12,859 bases of DNA from contig DAHVLZ010000007.1 in assembly GCA_027320085.1 (NCBI GenBank), positions 1-12,859 on the forward strand, read 5' to 3'. Position numbers and translations under genes: made by a program. Below, in pieces: positions 1 through 8,600 of the stretch (the first letter of the stretch is position 1; every line of letters starts with the position of its first letter). The notes beneath the pieces were generated by a model, which was not told the DNA's origin, searched no databases, and worked only from the letters and a program-made list of their open reading frames with translations. Source of the stretch: Pseudomonadota bacterium (GTDB lineage: Bacteria > Pseudomonadota > Gammaproteobacteria > JAKAQQ01).

Positions 1-48
1 TGAGCGCAAGCGACCAAGCGCGATCCCTGGGGCAAACACGCAAAGAGG

Positions 49-69
49 CCCGCGCCCGGACCGCGCGGG
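49..69 (-). terminator. possible weak intrinsic terminator/hairpin downstream of lpdA
   Basis: 7-bp GC stem CCCGCGC (49-55)/GCGCGGG (63-69), 24 nt past the lpdA stop. On the minus strand it is followed only by an imperfect U-tract (CCTCTTTG). Confidence 0.35.
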
Positions 70-93
70 AGGGATGGGGGGTTCCGGATCTCT

Positions 94-1536
94 TCAGCCG
101 GTCTTGCGGTTGATCGCGTTCAAGGCACGACCGTCCACCGCGAGGGCCGCCTCATGCAGGGCCTCGGAGAGGGTCGGATGGGCGTGAATGGTGAGCGCGA
201 TGTCCTCGGCACTCGCACGGAACTCCATGGCGAGGACCGCTTCCGCGATGAGTTCGGAGGCCATCGGACCCACAATGTGGACTCCCAGGATCTCATCCGT
301 CGTCTTGTGCGCCAGGATCTTGACCAGGCCCGCGGCAGACTCGAGCGCCCGGGCACGGCCATTCGCCGAGAAGGGAAAGGTTCCCGTACGGTAGGGAACG
401 CCGGCTTTCCCGAGTTCCTCCTCGTTGCGTCCCACCCAGGCGATTTCGGGTGCCGTGTAGATGACGGAAGGAATGACGTCGTAGTTCATCTCGGCGTTCT
501 TTCCGGCAATGAGGTCAGCCACCATGACGCCTTCCTCTTCCCCCTTGTGCGCCAGCATGGGTCCACGCACCACATCACCAATGGCATAGACATCCTTGCG
601 CTTTGTCCGGCAGTGGTCATCGACCCGGATGAAGCCCCTCTCGTCGCACTCGACTCCTGAACCTTCTTCCAGAAGCCCCCCGGTAAAGGGGCGTCGACCC
701 ACAGCCACGATCAGGCGGTCGACGTCGCAGCTGCCCTCTCCATCCGGGGACTTCTTGTAATGCAGCGTGAGTGCGGTTTTTTTACGGTCGACCGAGACGA
801 GCGTCGAGGCGAGTTCGATCGTGAGGCCGAGTTTCTGGAACTGGCGCAGCCCCTCCTTCGCCACCTGGGCATCGACCATGGGCAGGAAGGTGGGCAGGGC
901 CTCGATCAGGGTCACTTGGGATCCGAGCCTGGCCCAGACGCTGCCGAGTTCGAGGCCGATCACGCCCGCGCCGATGACGCCCAGCCGCTTCGGGACGCGG
1001 TCGAAATCGAGCGCCCCCCAGGAATCGACGATGCGCTCCCCATCAAAAGGCACCGCCTTGAGCTCGATCGGGGTTGAGCCAGTCGCGAGAATGACGGCCC
1101 TGGCGGCGAGTGTGCGGGTTTTCCCCTGGAGATCGGTATAACCCACCCCGCCATCCTTGAGGAGACGCCCCGTTCCGGGGAGTCCTTCGACCTGGTTGGC
1201 CTTGAAAAGCTGGGCAATCCCTCCGGTCATGGTGCGGACCACCCGGGCCTTGCGATCCTGCATGGCCTTGAGGTCGAGCGTGAGTCCTTCGATGCCGATG
1301 CCGTGGAGCTTGAACTCCTCCTGCGCCCGGTGGTAGAGCTCGCTGGATTCCAAAAGCGCCTTCGAGGGGATACATCCCGCGTTCAGGCAGGTTCCGCCGA
1401 AAGCGGGGGATCCATCGCGGTTTTTCCAGCTGTCAATGCAGGCGGTCCGGAGACCGTTCTGGGCCGCACGGATCGCGGCGATATACCCCGCCGGCCCGGC
1501 GCCGATCACCACCACGTCATAGGATTCATCAGTCAT
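94..1536 (-). CDS. lpdA: dihydrolipoamide dehydrogenase (E3), 480 aa
   Basis: FAD-binding VVVIGAGPAGY, redox disulfide GGTCLNAGCIPSK, NAD-binding GAGVIGLE and C-terminal HAHPTLSE. Start reassigned from 1608 to ATG 1536 (MTDESYD), which has a GGAGA SD upstream and does not overlap sucB. Confidence 0.97.
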   Translation of the reverse strand: MTDESYDVVVIGAGPAGYIAAIRAAQNGLRTACIDSWKNRDGSPAFGGTCLNAGCIPSKALLESSELYHRAQEEFKLHGIGIEGLTLDLKAMQDRKARVVRTMTGGIAQLFKANQVEGLPGTGRLLKDGGVGYTDLQGKTRTLAARAVILATGSTPIELKAVPFDGERIVDSWGALDFDRVPKRLGVIGAGVIGLELGSVWARLGSQVTLIEALPTFLPMVDAQVAKEGLRQFQKLGLTIELASTLVSVDRKKTALTLHYKKSPDGEGSCDVDRLIVAVGRRPFTGGLLEEGSGVECDERGFIRVDDHCRTKRKDVYAIGDVVRGPMLAHKGEEEGVMVADLIAGKNAEMNYDVIPSVIYTAPEIAWVGRNEEELGKAGVPYRTGTFPFSANGRARALESAAGLVKILAHKTTDEILGVHIVGPMASELIAEAVLAMEFRASAEDIALTIHAHPTLSEALHEAALAVDGRALNAINRKTG

Positions 1537-1558
1537 GAGGCATTCTCCGCTCGTTGGA

Positions 1559-2749
1559 TCACAGTTCGAGAAGCAGGCGGGAGGGGTCTTCCAGCGATTC
1601 CTTGACACACACCAGAAACTGCACCGCCTCCTGGCCGTCGACCAGCCGGTGATCGTAGGTGAGCGCGAGGTACATCATGGGCCGGATGACAACCGATCCT
1701 CCCACGGCCATGGGGCGGTCCTGGATCTTGTGCATGCCCAAGATCGCGCTCTGCGGGGGGTTGATGATCGGGGTCGAGACCAGGGACCCGAACACGCCCC
1801 CGTTCGTGATCGTGAAGGTCCCGCCCTCGAGATCCTGGAGCGCCAGGGTTCCGGAACGGGCCTGTTCGGCGAAATGGGCGATCCGGGTTTCGATCTCGGC
1901 AAATCCCAGGGCATCCGCGCCGCGCACCACCGGTACCACGAGGCCGCGGGGGGAGGCGACCGCGATGCCGATATCCCAGGTGTCGTGGTAGACGATCTCG
2001 TTGCCCTCGATCGAGGCGTTGATCACCGGAAAACGCTTGAGCGCCAGAATCGCCGCCTTGACGAAAAAGGACATGAACCCGAGCCGGACCCCATGGGCTT
2101 TCTCGAAACGCTCGCGCAGACTGTTCCTGATCTCGATGACGCGGCCGAGATCGACCTCGTTGAAGGACGTGAGCATCACGGCGTTGAGATTCGATTCCCT
2201 GAGCCGTTCGGCAATCCGGGCCCGGATCCGGGTCATGGGCACCCGACGGACTGCCCCGCCCGGTGCCTGCGTTGCTGCCGGTGCCGCGGGAGCGGATCCC
2301 GCGGTCCTCTCGAGATGGGCCAAGACATCAGTCTTGCTGATGCGGCCATCCCGGCCGTGACCCTCGATCTGTTCGGGAGCAAGCCCATGCTCGTCAGCCA
2401 GCTTTCGGGCGGAGGGGGCGATCGGCGGGGCAGTCGGCCGCTCCGGTCTCTTGGCCGGTGCGGGGGGGGTGGGTTTTTTCGCGGATGCCGTCTCCGCCTC
2501 GGATCGGGGGGCACCTTCCTCGAGGAGGGCAATGACCTGGCCTGCATTCACCGTGGCGCCGTCCCCGGCACGAATCTCCTGGAGGCGGCCATCGGCGGGA
2601 GCGGGGACCTCGAGCACAACCTTGTCGGTCTCGAGATCAACCAGGTTTTCATCACGGCGGACCGTCTCGCCGGCTTTCTTGCGCCAGTTCACAAGTGTCG
2701 CGTCGGTCACGGACTCGGGCAAGGGAGGAACCTTGATCTCGATGCTCAT
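1559..2749 (-). CDS. sucB: 2-oxoglutarate dehydrogenase E2, dihydrolipoyllysine succinyltransferase, 396 aa
   Basis: N-terminal lipoyl domain ([13 protein letters not shown]), E3-binding domain ([12 protein letters not shown]...[11 protein letters not shown]) and catalytic [12 protein letters not shown] overlap with the sucA stop and a GGAGA SD. Confidence 0.97.
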   Translation of the reverse strand: MSIEIKVPPLPESVTDATLVNWRKKAGETVRRDENLVDLETDKVVLEVPAPADGRLQEIRAGDGATVNAGQVIALLEEGAPRSEAETASAKKPTPPAPAKRPERPTAPPIAPSARKLADEHGLAPEQIEGHGRDGRISKTDVLAHLERTAGSAPAAPAATQAPGGAVRRVPMTRIRARIAERLRESNLNAVMLTSFNEVDLGRVIEIRNSLRERFEKAHGVRLGFMSFFVKAAILALKRFPVINASIEGNEIVYHDTWDIGIAVASPRGLVVPVVRGADALGFAEIETRIAHFAEQARSGTLALQDLEGGTFTITNGGVFGSLVSTPIINPPQSAILGMHKIQDRPMAVGGSVVIRPMMYLALTYDHRLVDGQEAVQFLVCVKESLEDPSRLLLEL

Positions 2750-5643
2750 GCAATCTCCGAGAGGGGGGATGGGGACCCGGCCCGGCGCGGACGGACCGAT
2801 CGGGCCGGGGCCGGTTCAAGCGCGGATTCGATGATGGTCTTTTGCTGGAGCGCGTGGAGGGCGGAATACCCGGGGGCCGGGGCTGCCGCGTGTGGACGGC
2901 CCAGATAGCGCAGGGTCTGACCGGGGCCCATCAGGCGGGCGATCAGAGGCCCCACACCCCGGAATGCTCCCTGGTTTCTCGGCTCTTCCTGGCACCAGAC
3001 CACGTCGCGAACTCCAGCGTAACGCTGGAAAAGCTTCGTGAGGGCCACCTCCGGCAACGGTGCCCATTGCTCGAGCCGGACCAGCGCGAGATCAGACCGT
3101 TCCGCCGCCTCACGGGCCTCCAGGAGTTCATAGTAGATCTTGCCGGAGGTGAGGATGAGCCGGCTCGTCTTGGCCGGATCGGCGCCGGTATCGTCAAGAA
3201 GCGGGGCAAAATGGCCTTGCGCGAGATCACCGAGGGTGGACACCGATCGCCGGTTGCGCAAAAGGCTTTTCGGGCTCAAGACCACGAGCGGCTTGCGGTA
3301 AGGTCTCAGCACCTGTCGCCGGAGCAGGTGGAAAAACTGGGCGGGAGTCGTGGGGTTTACGATCTGCAGGCTGTCTCCATCGCAAAGTTCCAGGAAGCGT
3401 TCGGGGCGGGCCGAGGAGTGTTCCGGACCCGCCCCTTCCTGGCCATGCGGCAAAAACAGGACCAGCCCGCACAAACGCCCCCACTTGGCCTCGCCGGCCG
3501 AGAGGAACTGGTCGATCACGACCTGCGCGCCGTTCGCGAAATCGCCGTACTGGGCCTCCCAGATGACGAGGGCTTCCGGACTGGCCGTGGCATATCCATA
3601 TTCGAAGGCCATGACGCCTTCCTCGGACAGGAAGGAATCCACGACGTCCACGAGCGCCTGCCCGGAAGCCAGCCGGTTCAGGGCCACATCGGTGGCATCG
3701 GTCGTCGCCTCATGGATCACCGCATGACGGTGGAAAAAGGTTCCGCGTGCGCTGTCCTGGCCCGTGAGGCGGATTGGATGGCCAGCGACCAGGAGACTGG
3801 CATAGGCCAAAAGCTCGGCCATCCCCCAGTCGAGCGGCTGCTCGCCCAAGATCATCTTGCGTCTTTCCTCAAGGATCCGGGCAAGGCGGGGATGCACCGT
3901 CCAGCCCCCGGGCAGCGTGGTGAGGATCCGACCCCACGCTTTGAGATCGGAGGGTGCCACTCCGGTCTCCACGGAGACATCCCAGCGCTGGCCCCGGTAG
4001 GGTGTCCAGTCAACCAGGGGGGGACGGATGGGCGCGCGGGGAAGAATGAAGGTCAAAGGCACCTCGCCGCGATCCAGCCCGTCGCGGTAGGCACCCACCA
4101 GGGCTTCGGCTTCGGCCGGTTCGATGATTTTTTCGGCCACGAGTTTTTGCGCGTAAAGGGTGAGGGTCGTCGGGTGCTTGCGGATGGCCTCGTACATGAC
4201 GGGTTGCGTCACGGCCGGCTCATCCGCCTCGTTGTGTCCGTGGCGGCGATAGCAGACGAGGTCGACGAAAATGTCCTTGTGAAAGCGGGCGCGGTAGTCG
4301 AACGCGAGGCGCATCGCAAACAGGACCGCCTCCACATCGTCCGCGTTGACGTGGAAAACCGGGGCCTCGATCATCTTGGCGATGTCCGTGGCGTACGGGG
4401 TGGAGCGGGCATCACGAAGGTTGCTGATCGTGAACCCGATCTGGTTATTGACCACGAGGTGGACCGTTCCCCCGGTCCGGAAGCCGCGGGTACCCGACAT
4501 CTCGAGCGTCTCCATGACCACACCCTGGCCGGAAAGCGAGGCATCCCCGTGGATCAGAACCGGCAGTACCCGGTCCCCCACCCGGTCTCCCAGCCGGTCC
4601 TGGCGGGCGCGGACGGAGCCTTCCACCACGGGATCGACGATCTCGAGATGCGAGGGATTGAAGGCGAGGGTGAGATGGACGACCCGTCCGTTGATTTCGA
4701 CATCCGAGGAGCAGCCGAGATGGTACTTGACGTCGCCCGAGCCATTCTGGTGCAGCGGATCATAGCGTCCCTCAAACTCGGAAAACAGCTCGGAGAGTGG
4801 TTTCGCGAGCAGATTGACCAAGACATTGAGCCGTCCGCGGTGGGCCATGCCGATCACGATTTCCTGAACCCCCCCAGAGGCGGCGCGTCGCACCAGGTCA
4901 CTGAGCGCCGGCATGAGGGCTTCGGCCCCTTCGAGCGAAAAGCGCTTCTGCCCGATGTAGCGGCGGTGGAGGAAATGCTCGAGCCCCTCGGCTGCGGTCA
5001 GCTCGGCCAGAAGGGTCTTCCGCTCTTCCGCCGTCAACCCAAAACGCCCCCGTGCAGTCTCCAGATGGTCACGGATCATCCCGCGCTCCTCGATCGACGT
5101 GAGGTGCTGGTATTCGACCCCGATCGTTCCGCAATAGGTGGCCCGGAGCAGGGCCAAAAGTTCGGTTCCCGAGCCCGGGGCTTCGCCCGAGACGAGATCG
5201 GGAGGCACGGGCCGGGCCAGGATCGCGTCCGCGGATCCGCCGGCATGGAAGGCCGGATCGAGGTCCTCGACCACGGAGGGGTGGACCAACTTCAGGGGAT
5301 CGAGGTCGGCTGCAAGATGGCCGCGCGAGCGGTAGGCCTGGACCAGGCGTGCCCAGAACGTGCTGGATCCCGTTTCCCCCGGGGTCCGGCTCGCGGGGGG
5401 GCGGCGGGGTTCGCGCGCGGATGCCATGAGGCGGTCTTCGACCGGACGGCGGGGACTTTCAGTCCGTCCGCGATCGCGGAGCGCATCGAAGGCCCGCGTG
5501 AGGCTGTCCGGCACCGAACGGGGATCCGCCAGGTAGCGTTCGTAGAGATCTTCCAGGTAAAAAGCGTTGGCGCTGTTCAGGACGGTCGGATCCAAGGAGG
5601 CAACCCGAAGCTGGTCCGGTTCCGATTGAGAGTGGCTGGACAC
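2746..5643 (-). CDS. sucA: 2-oxoglutarate dehydrogenase E1 component, 965 aa
   Basis: Motifs [37 protein letters not shown]-binding HGDA...[36 protein letters not shown] and QEEPRNQG. The exact GTG start is less certain. Confidence 0.97.
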   Translation of the reverse strand: MSSHSQSEPDQLRVASLDPTVLNSANAFYLEDLYERYLADPRSVPDSLTRAFDALRDRGRTESPRRPVEDRLMASAREPRRPPASRTPGETGSSTFWARLVQAYRSRGHLAADLDPLKLVHPSVVEDLDPAFHAGGSADAILARPVPPDLVSGEAPGSGTELLALLRATYCGTIGVEYQHLTSIEERGMIRDHLETARGRFGLTAEERKTLLAELTAAEGLEHFLHRRYIGQKRFSLEGAEALMPALSDLVRRAASGGVQEIVIGMAHRGRLNVLVNLLAKPLSELFSEFEGRYDPLHQNGSGDVKYHLGCSSDVEINGRVVHLTLAFNPSHLEIVDPVVEGSVRARQDRLGDRVGDRVLPVLIHGDASLSGQGVVMETLEMSGTRGFRTGGTVHLVVNNQIGFTISNLRDARSTPYATDIAKMIEAPVFHVNADDVEAVLFAMRLAFDYRARFHKDIFVDLVCYRRHGHNEADEPAVTQPVMYEAIRKHPTTLTLYAQKLVAEKIIEPAEAEALVGAYRDGLDRGEVPLTFILPRAPIRPPLVDWTPYRGQRWDVSVETGVAPSDLKAWGRILTTLPGGWTVHPRLARILEERRKMILGEQPLDWGMAELLAYASLLVAGHPIRLTGQDSARGTFFHRHAVIHEATTDATDVALNRLASGQALVDVVDSFLSEEGVMAFEYGYATASPEALVIWEAQYGDFANGAQVVIDQFLSAGEAKWGRLCGLVLFLPHGQEGAGPEHSSARPERFLELCDGDSLQIVNPTTPAQFFHLLRRQVLRPYRKPLVVLSPKSLLRNRRSVSTLGDLAQGHFAPLLDDTGADPAKTSRLILTSGKIYYELLEAREAAERSDLALVRLEQWAPLPEVALTKLFQRYAGVRDVVWCQEEPRNQGAFRGVGPLIARLMGPGQTLRYLGRPHAAAPAPGYSALHALQQKTIIESALEPAPARSVRPRRAGSPSPLSEIA

Positions 5644-5709
5644 CCGAATCTCGCTACTTTTGCAGTGCGGAGGTGAAGGACTCCGTTTGGACCGCCGCCG
5701 CGTTTCGGC

Positions 5710-5739
5710 TTGAGCAAACGGCTTTTTTCAAGCTATAGT
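5710..5739 (+). promoter_or_regulatory. putative sigma70-type promoter for the dioxygenase operon
   Basis: TTGAGC (5710-5715), an 18-nt spacer and TATAGT (5734-5739) in the AT-rich part of the intergenic region. A purine-rich SD (GAGGGG) precedes ATG 5781. Confidence 0.55.
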
Positions 5740-5780
5740 TTACAACATGCGCCCACGAAGGGCGTCAGAGGGGAAGATCG

Positions 5781-6458
5781 ATGCCCGATAGCGCATCCGG
5801 CGGATTTCCGTTCGAGGAAAAAATCGAGATCCATTATCCGACGACCGTCCTCGAACGGCATCATGGGGGATGCGAGCAGCTGAACGAGGCGCTCTTTGCC
5901 CTGCTCAAGGAACTGGCCGAACGCTTCCGCAACGACCCCATGGAAAACGCCATCTACTCGGGACACATCTCGACCCGGGGCGGGTTCCAGACCGGACGGC
6001 ATCGCAACTTCCTGGAGCAGGCCAACCCGGCTGTGATCGAGTTCCGTGAGCGGATTCTCCTGCCGGCCGTCCACCGCTATCTCACGGAGGTCTTCGGTTC
6101 CGAGGCGGGCCAGCTCAAGCCCTGGCTCATGGGCTGGGCCAATCTCCTCGCGGCCGGTGACTGGCAGGCGCCCCACATGCACCCCACCGCCGGCAACCTG
6201 GCCAGCGGGGTTTATTACGTCAAGGCCCTCGAGGACAAGCCGGCCCCTCAAGGCTGGATCGAGTTCCTGAATCCCCATCCCGCCTCCGTCCATCACGGTT
6301 TCACGCTCACCCGCCGCATCCAGCCCCGTTCCGGAAAACTCGTCCTCTTTCCGCCGTATCATATCCACTATGTCCATCCCTTCGAGGGTCCGGGCGAGCG
6401 GGCAATTGTCGCCTTCGACGTCCTGCGCGAACGACCTGACCTCAAACTGCTCTTCTGA
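5781..6458 (+). CDS. putative 2OG-Fe(II) oxygenase, TIGR02466/PF13759-like, 225 aa
   Basis: WANLLAAGDWQAPHMHP...SGVYYV...IEFLNP...PRSGKLVLFPPYHIHYVHP...ERAIVAFDV matches the family pattern W-x-N...HxH...SGVYY...G.L.LFP..L.H.V.P...R..I.F. Good SD. Confidence 0.85.
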   Translation: MPDSASGGFPFEEKIEIHYPTTVLERHHGGCEQLNEALFALLKELAERFRNDPMENAIYSGHISTRGGFQTGRHRNFLEQANPAVIEFRERILLPAVHRYLTEVFGSEAGQLKPWLMGWANLLAAGDWQAPHMHPTAGNLASGVYYVKALEDKPAPQGWIEFLNPHPASVHHGFTLTRRIQPRSGKLVLFPPYHIHYVHPFEGPGERAIVAFDVLRERPDLKLLF

Positions 6459-6473
6459 CCCACCGGGCCGACC

Positions 6474-7808
6474 ATGAACGAATCGTCCACACCTGCCCCC
6501 GCACCGATCCGGATCGAGGACTTCCCGGTGGCCGAGCTGCCTGACCAGGTGGCCATGCTGGCCGCCAGTGCCGATGCCCTGGCCCGGGAAGGACGCCGGG
6601 CCGATGCGGAGACCGTCTACCGACGGGTTCTCGAAGCTGCTCCGCACCATCTGCGGGCCATGACCTACCTCGCCATGAGCGCCTTCGAGACCGGCCGGCA
6701 CGAGGAAAGCGTGCGCTATCTCATCGAGGCGATCCGGCTGGAACCCACCCGGTCCACGCTCCACCAGAACCTGGCCTTGGTCCGTCTCGCCCAGGGCTTG
6801 CCCGGGAAGGCCCTGGAATCCATCGACCAGGCCATCGCCCTCAATCCGGAAGCGGCCATCAACCATCTCCACCGGGGCCATATCCTGGAAAGCCTGGGAC
6901 AGGAAACCCAGGCGCTCGAAAGCTACGGCCGCGGACTGGCCCGCGATCCCACGCTCCGGATCGCGACCCAGAGCCTGCCTCCCGGCATCCGCGTCTTGGC
7001 CCAACGGGCCATCGCCCGGCTGGCACCGATCCGCCTTGCGCGGATCGACCAGGCCGCCCATGCGCTCGAAGCCGAGCACGGCACCCCACTCCCGGCGCGC
7101 GCGCGGCGTTTTCTCGACATTTTCAAAGGACTCACTCCACCTCCCCAGGAGCACCCGCTCCAGAAACCGGAATTCCTCTCCTATCCCGAGCTCGGCGCCC
7201 GCCCCTGGTTCGAGCGTGGCGAGTTTCCCTGGACCCATGCCTACGAATCCAAGACCCCGGACATCCGTGCCGAGTTCGAGGCCCTGGAGGACGGCCTCGA
7301 GGAGGCCTATGTGCCGGAATCGACGGGACAGAAAATCTGGTCTCCCCTGGCCGGCTCGCGGGACTGGGGCAGTTTTCATCTCTACCGTTCGGGCATCCCC
7401 ATCCCCAAAATCCTCCATCTCTGTCCGAATACCTTTGCGGCGCTCAAGCTTCTCCCCCTGGCCCGCGGCCGCAACCATGCACCCGAGGTTTTCTTCTCGA
7501 TCCTGAAACCCGGGGTTGAGCTGCCGCCCCATCACGGCCTGTCCAATGCCAAGCTGACCCTCCACCTGGGCCTCGTGGTCCCCCCCGAAACCGCGATCCG
7601 GGTCGGCGGCGAGTCGCGGCACTGGAAGGAGGGCCGCTCTCTCCTCTTCGACGACAGTTTCGAGCATAGCGCCTGGAACCACGACACCCGGCCACGGGCG
7701 GTTTTGATCGCGGACATCTGGAACCCGGCTCTCACCCCAATCGAACAGGAACTGGTGGAACGAGCGATCGATGCGCACAGTCGTTTTTATGAGGAATACT
7801 TCTCCTGA
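6474..7808 (+). CDS. TPR-repeat + aspartyl/asparaginyl beta-hydroxylase domain protein, 444 aa
   Basis: About 3-4 TPRs in the N-terminal ~160 aa (AETVYRRVLEAAP, LHQNLALVRLAQG...ALESIDQAIALNP, HLHRGHILESLG). The C-terminal AspH domain reads FFSILKPGVELPPHHG...LHLGLVVP...WKEGRSLLFDDSFEHSAWN...RAVLIADIWNP. Confidence 0.9.
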   Translation: MNESSTPAPAPIRIEDFPVAELPDQVAMLAASADALAREGRRADAETVYRRVLEAAPHHLRAMTYLAMSAFETGRHEESVRYLIEAIRLEPTRSTLHQNLALVRLAQGLPGKALESIDQAIALNPEAAINHLHRGHILESLGQETQALESYGRGLARDPTLRIATQSLPPGIRVLAQRAIARLAPIRLARIDQAAHALEAEHGTPLPARARRFLDIFKGLTPPPQEHPLQKPEFLSYPELGARPWFERGEFPWTHAYESKTPDIRAEFEALEDGLEEAYVPESTGQKIWSPLAGSRDWGSFHLYRSGIPIPKILHLCPNTFAALKLLPLARGRNHAPEVFFSILKPGVELPPHHGLSNAKLTLHLGLVVPPETAIRVGGESRHWKEGRSLLFDDSFEHSAWNHDTRPRAVLIADIWNPALTPIEQELVERAIDAHSRFYEEYFS

Positions 7809-7874
7809 CGGGACCATCCGGACGGAGCTGGGGGAGACCGCAACGGATGCTCTCCCGGACCGGATCCGGCCCAC

Positions 7875-8594
7875 ATGATCTCCTCCCCGATCCCCGGGCT
7901 GGAACCGGTTTTCGCGGTCCCTCTGTACACCACCGTTCTATCCAACGCCCAGGGATTAAACAGCCGGCTCGAGGAAAAACTGGGCCTGTGGGAATCCCAC
8001 CCCCCCCAGGAGAGCCATCGCCGACCGAGTCCGGTCTCCAAGCCCGGGGTCTACGAGAGTAGCTTCGATTTCTTCCAATGGGAGGATCCGGATGTCCAGA
8101 CCTTGGGCCGGTTCTGCCTGAATCAGGTGGGATATCTGGTCCATCGCCTGAACGGATACGAAAGCCGCGACATGGAAGAACTCCGTTTCTACCACCACAG
8201 CTGGTTCCACCTGACCCGGCCGGGTGGCTATACCAGTTATCACAACCATCCCATGGCATCCTGGTCAGGGGTCTATTGCGTCAACCCCGGCATTCCCGAT
8301 CCGGGAGACCCCCAAAGCGGCACACTCCGGTTCTTTGATCCCCGAAACGCCGCCAGCATGTTTCTTGATCCCGGCAACAGTTACCTGCTTCCGCCCTACG
8401 GGTTCGGCACGCTGCCCCATCGTTTCAAGGCCGGGGAACTCGTGCTTTTCCCCTCCTACCTCAACCACGAGGTCGCCTGCTTCCGGGGAGAAGGGATCCG
8501 GATCACGATTGCCTTCAACGTCTGGATCCGTTACGCCGACGAACCCGCCTTCGAGCCGGGGCTCCGCCGTGCCATCTCCCGGCAGTCGGCCTGA
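7875..8594 (+). CDS. putative 2OG-Fe(II) oxygenase, TIGR02466/PF13759-like, 239 aa
   Basis: SWFHLTRPGGYTSYHNHPMASWSGVYCV...GTLRFFDPR...AGELVLFPSYLNHEV...RITIAFNV, plus an N-terminal VFAVPLY motif. No clear SD at ATG 7875. Confidence 0.85.
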   Translation: MISSPIPGLEPVFAVPLYTTVLSNAQGLNSRLEEKLGLWESHPPQESHRRPSPVSKPGVYESSFDFFQWEDPDVQTLGRFCLNQVGYLVHRLNGYESRDMEELRFYHHSWFHLTRPGGYTSYHNHPMASWSGVYCVNPGIPDPGDPQSGTLRFFDPRNAASMFLDPGNSYLLPPYGFGTLPHRFKAGELVLFPSYLNHEVACFRGEGIRITIAFNVWIRYADEPAFEPGLRRAISRQSA

Positions 8595-8600
8595 ACACTC

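Noticed and set aside
1537-1608. 24-aa N-terminal extension of LpdA given by the ORF track
   Set aside because: It overlaps sucB, and the ATG at 1536 has an SD and gives a normal E3 N-terminus.
2842-5676. 944-aa plus-strand ORF (and 1535-2908, 457 aa)
   Set aside because: Antisense shadows of sucA/sucB caused by GC-rich codon bias, with no recognisable motifs.
5733-7874. 713-aa minus-strand ORF spanning oxygenase genes 1 and 2
   Set aside because: Antisense shadow. It runs across both genes only because they share a frame, and it shows no domain features.
8000-8007. C8 homopolymer in oxygenase gene 3 as a phase-variation tract
   Set aside because: The tract is short, similar G/C runs occur in housekeeping sucB/sucA in this GC-rich DNA, and the frame is intact.
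6456-8594. Alternative genetic code (UGA=Trp/Gly) or selenocysteine explaining the in-frame TGAs
   Set aside because: sucA, sucB and lpdA end in TGA at their expected C-termini, Trp is encoded by TGG, and the TGAs fall between domains rather than at catalytic Cys positions.
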